A stretch of DNA of 64,000 nt from Coleofasciculus chthonoplastes F2-STO-03. Lineage in GTDB: Bacteria > Cyanobacteriota > Cyanobacteriia > Cyanobacteriales > Coleofasciculaceae. A program made the position numbers and the translations under genes. Location of the stretch: assembly GCA_040222015.1 (NCBI GenBank), contig JAVJWO010000096.1, positions 1 through 64,000 on the forward strand. The letters run 5' to 3'. Every line of letters starts with the position of its first letter. The first letter of the stretch is position 1. Positions 60,794 to 64,000 of this stretch are shown here, piece after piece. The notes under the pieces were generated by a model, which did not search any database, had not been told where the DNA came from, and worked only from the letters and a program-made list of their open reading frames with translations.

Positions 60794-60810
60794 TGCATTT
60801 ATATGATGCA
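60794..60810. promoter_or_regulatory. Candidate NtcB (LysR) site
   Basis: TGCAT-N7-ATGCA palindrome just upstream of the NtcA box of nirA. Confidence 0.45.
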
Positions 60811-60835
60811 GTTTATTCAAGTTCAACTTAAAAGC

Positions 60836-60877
60836 GTATCCAAATATACAATTTACCCCTTTAACCTTGCTTACCTT
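60836..60877 (+). promoter_or_regulatory. NtcA-activated promoter of nirA
   Basis: GTA-tccaaata-TAC (60836-60849), then 22 nt, then TACCTT (TAN3T -10 box). Confidence 0.85.
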
Positions 60878-60941
60878 ACTGAAATTAAGAGGGTAAATTT
60901 TAGTAGAACTGAAAACCGGAAAAATCCATCAAAATAGCTCT

Positions 60942-62843
60942 ATGACTACAACAAAAGACGTATCCCAAAAAATAAATAAAGTGGAAAAAGCCAAAGCCGA
61001 GAAAGATGGGCTAGACGTTAAACATGAACTGGAAAGCTTAATCGAACTTGGCTGGGAAAACGTTGATAAAACCGACTTAGAACTTCGCCTCAAGTGGTTG
61101 GGTGTCTTTTTTCGTCCAGTGACTCCCGGCAAATTCATGTTGCGCTTACGTGTACCCAATGGTTCTCTGGACAGTGATAAAATGCGGGTTCTCGCCAGTA
61201 TTGTGCAGCGTTATGGGGATGATGGTAGCGCTGATATTACTACTCGCCAAAACATTCAACTACGAGGAGTTCGTTTAGAAGATATTCCCGAAATTTTCCG
61301 TCAACTACAATCTGTTAATCTCACCAGTATGCAGTCAGGAATGGATAATGTCCGGAATTTAACCGGATCACCCGTGGCTGGAATTGATGCCGATGAAATC
61401 ATTGACACCCGTGACATGGTGCAAAAATTGCAGGACATGATTACCAATAACGGGGAAGGCAATTATGCATTTACTAATTTGCCGCGTAAATTCAATATTG
61501 CCATTGAAGGAGGAAGAGATAACTCCATTCACGCGGAAATTAATGATATTGCCTTTATCCCTGCCTATCGTGATGGAGAATTAGGCTTTAATGTTTTAGT
61601 CGGCGGTTATTTATCCGCACAGCGTTGTGTGGAAGCGATTCCCTTAAATGCATGGGTTCCGGCAAATGAAGAAGATGTGATTAACTTGAGTGGTGCGATT
61701 CTCACCGTTTATACCAAGAATGGATTAAAAGAAGGATTACGAAAAAACCGCCAAAAAGCCCGGATGATGTGGTTAATTGATAAATGGGGAGTTGAGAAAT
61801 TCCGGGCAGAAGTCGAAAAAACATTCGGGCAAGAACTCCTCCCGGCTGCGCCTGAGGATGAGATTACCCAAGAGAAAAAAGATTACATTGGGGTTTATTC
61901 CCAAAAGCAACCAGGATACAGTTATGTTGGCTTACTGGTTCCCGTGGGGCGCTTGTCAGCCGACACCATGTTTGATTTAGCCCGATTAGCTGATGTTTAT
62001 GGCAATGGTGAAATTCGCTTAACCGTTGAACAAAATTTAATTATTCCCTACATTGCCAATGAAAAACTGGAAGCATTTATGAGTGAACCGTTACTACAAC
62101 AGTTGCCGATGAATCCTTCGACTCTCACCCGTTCATTGGTGTCTTGTACCGGGAATCGCTATTGTAATTTTGCCATCATTGAAACCAAGCAACGGGCATT
62201 AAAACTGGCGCAAGAACTGGATCAAGAATTAGATATTCCCCAAAGAGTTCGTATACACTGGACAGGATGTCCAAACTCCTGCGGACAACCTCAGGTTGCC
62301 GATATTGGGTTAATGGGTACGAAAGTTCGTAAAGATGGCAATCCTGTCGAAGGGGTGAATCTTTATACGGGGGGAAAAGTGGGCAAAGATGCTAAACTCG
62401 GAGACGTATTGGAAAAAGGAATTGCTTGCGATGACCTAAAACCGATTCTGCGGAATCTATTAATTGAAAACTTTGATGCTAAAGTTAAGGATGGAGTTGT
62501 TATAGAACCGGAACCAGAAACTCAGGAGACTGTTCCGGAGGATACTCAACCTTCATCTGAGACAGAAACCAACGGCGATAAAGCTCAAACCAAGCTATTT
62601 TTTGCGGCATCTTGGAAACAGGTTGACGCTAATTCGCAGGAATTTATCCTGGATACGGCTGAAAGCCAAGGCATTGAAATTGACAATAGTTGTCGTGCTG
62701 GTACTTGCGGAACTTGTGCTAAGACGTTATTAAAAGGTCAAGTGAAGTATGACGAAGAGTATAGTGCATTGGAAGATTTAGAGGAGGGCATGGTTTTGAC
62801 CTGTTGTGCTGTGCCTGAAGGACAAGTGGTGATTGATGCTTAA
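60942..62843 (+). CDS. nirA: Ferredoxin-nitrite reductase with fused C-terminal [2Fe-2S] ferredoxin domain
   Basis: NKVEKAK, TTRQNIQ, NLPRKFN, SCTG..CNFA, TGCPNSCGQ. An acidic linker precedes CRAGTCGTC...LTCC. Confidence 0.95.
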   Translation: MTTTKDVSQKINKVEKAKAEKDGLDVKHELESLIELGWENVDKTDLELRLKWLGVFFRPVTPGKFMLRLRVPNGSLDSDKMRVLASIVQRYGDDGSADITTRQNIQLRGVRLEDIPEIFRQLQSVNLTSMQSGMDNVRNLTGSPVAGIDADEIIDTRDMVQKLQDMITNNGEGNYAFTNLPRKFNIAIEGGRDNSIHAEINDIAFIPAYRDGELGFNVLVGGYLSAQRCVEAIPLNAWVPANEEDVINLSGAILTVYTKNGLKEGLRKNRQKARMMWLIDKWGVEKFRAEVEKTFGQELLPAAPEDEITQEKKDYIGVYSQKQPGYSYVGLLVPVGRLSADTMFDLARLADVYGNGEIRLTVEQNLIIPYIANEKLEAFMSEPLLQQLPMNPSTLTRSLVSCTGNRYCNFAIIETKQRALKLAQELDQELDIPQRVRIHWTGCPNSCGQPQVADIGLMGTKVRKDGNPVEGVNLYTGGKVGKDAKLGDVLEKGIACDDLKPILRNLLIENFDAKVKDGVVIEPEPETQETVPEDTQPSSETETNGDKAQTKLFFAASWKQVDANSQEFILDTAESQGIEIDNSCRAGTCGTCAKTLLKGQVKYDEEYSALEDLEEGMVLTCCAVPEGQVVIDA

Positions 62844-63025
62844 GGCGTTTGTCTTATGTCATTGGTTTGTCGAATAATTCGGACATTGGATTGGGGCGGG
62901 TTTAGTGAAATTCGGGTGAAGTCAAAAAAGATAGTAGTAAAACCCGCCCCTACATTCGGATAACCCTGTTTCACCCTTCATCCTTGTTTCGCTCTGTCTC
63001 CGATTGACTAAATAAGTCAACCAAA

Positions 63026-63469
63026 TTATTTTATTTTTTCGCCCAAAAATTGATAAGGATTGGTATAATGATTTGAGTCTCCTGAGTACAACTTAAAATA
63101 CATAACACCTGAGCCTAACCAGAAGACTAAAAAGATTAACGTCATCAGGGAACTCCAGGAAAAAAGCTTAGGTTTTCGGCTGGTGGTTAATAATTTATGG
63201 GGTAATGGTGAAAGTTCTAACGGTGTACGACTTGGGGGGGGATTTAGGGCAACTTCAGTGCCTTGGACAGTAATTAATTTCAGCTTATGTAACTCTGTAA
63301 GCGCGGCGTAAACTTCGCTCAAGCTAACTGAATGTTCAAGGAATTCGGCTGTCCAAGCTTGAAAGTCATGCCAATTAAAATTTACTTTCTGATTTGTTCT
63401 AGTATGAAACCGAATCCAGTGATAGAGCAAACTCTCGCAGGGGGAAAGCTTAGTCTTGATCATTACCAA
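63026..63469 (-). CDS. Hypothetical protein (possible winged helix plus C-terminal TM)
   Basis: 147-aa ORF with a hydrophobic segment near the C-terminus. Confidence 0.6.
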   Translation of the reverse strand: MVMIKTKLSPCESLLYHWIRFHTRTNQKVNFNWHDFQAWTAEFLEHSVSLSEVYAALTELHKLKLITVQGTEVALNPPPSRTPLELSPLPHKLLTTSRKPKLFSWSSLMTLIFLVFWLGSGVMYFKLYSGDSNHYTNPYQFLGEKIK

Positions 63470-63561
63470 AACTCCAAATTTTCTATACGTTTGAGCATTG
63501 TAGGGAGGTGATATTGGCTGAACAACTTAGCTAGAGGAGGCTATCCTTTCGCTGGAAGTGG

Positions 63562-63765
63562 CTACAGCACTAGCAGATATTCTCCATGTTCCGGAATCCA
63601 AGTCAGCCATTCATGATCCGAGACTTGGGAGAGTATCAACGCCTCATAGTGGGCAAATGGATTGGGGAGTTCCTCTAATCTCAGCCACATTCCCGGTTGC
63701 AGATAGCGAAAAATTGCACTAGCCGAGAGGTTGGCTGGAGGGGGTTGCGGTTGTGGATTTTGCAT
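63562..63765 (-). CDS. Small hypothetical protein
   Basis: 67-aa ATG ORF, ending WIPEHGE. Confidence 0.55.
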   Translation of the reverse strand: MQNPQPQPPPANLSASAIFRYLQPGMWLRLEELPNPFAHYEALILSQVSDHEWLTWIPEHGEYLLVL

Positions 63766-64000
63766 ATCTGTGATTGTGCCGTCTGATTCTCGATTCTCTT
63801 CTTGTATCAGAATATACTAAAATTAAAATCTGTATCAAATAATACACAAAATTTAATTTTAGAGCGTTCACTCAATGGCGAAGTCGTTGCATCTTTGTTC
63901 AGTATTCACGAACGGTTCTCTGTCAATCTGTTATTGTCCTCAATTATTGTCGTCATAGTCCCATCGTCCTATTTTTCATCCCCCATTATGAGTATTATTT

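Overview
This is 64 kb of a cyanobacterial chromosome, probably a filamentous species. The evidence is frequent HIP1 GCGATCGC octamers, chlB, NtcA boxes, STRR heptamers and GTAG-type REP hairpins. Housekeeping genes (moeA, chlB, purB, gltB, gltD, aroK, nirB-like/nirA) are interleaved with accessory modules. These modules are: the 3' end of an IS200/IS605 tnpB; a broken restriction-modification pair; a coiled-coil/unknown/HNH three-gene operon; an atypical Hsp70 with a GrpE-like membrane partner; two PEP-CTERM paralogs; an HTH-TIR-AAA protein; an AT-rich glycosylation island; and a CP-ATP-grasp/alpha-E/transglutaminase/TldD operon. An 8.4 kb island splits gltB from gltD and carries two Ser/Thr kinases, a DUF433/PIN toxin-antitoxin pair, xisH/xisI, Uma2 and a HipA-like kinase/HIRAN pair. 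The most striking signal is at the 3' end of the kinase-GUN4 gene. An in-frame, 58-nt C-free, G/A-rich segment sits between conserved-looking anchors (GHLP...LFSR), followed by an inverted repeat overlapping the stop codon. This resembles a hypervariable target of a diversification system, but no reverse transcriptase or template is visible in the window. No rRNA, tRNA or CRISPR array was recognised. All family assignments come from reading motifs by eye, not from database searches.
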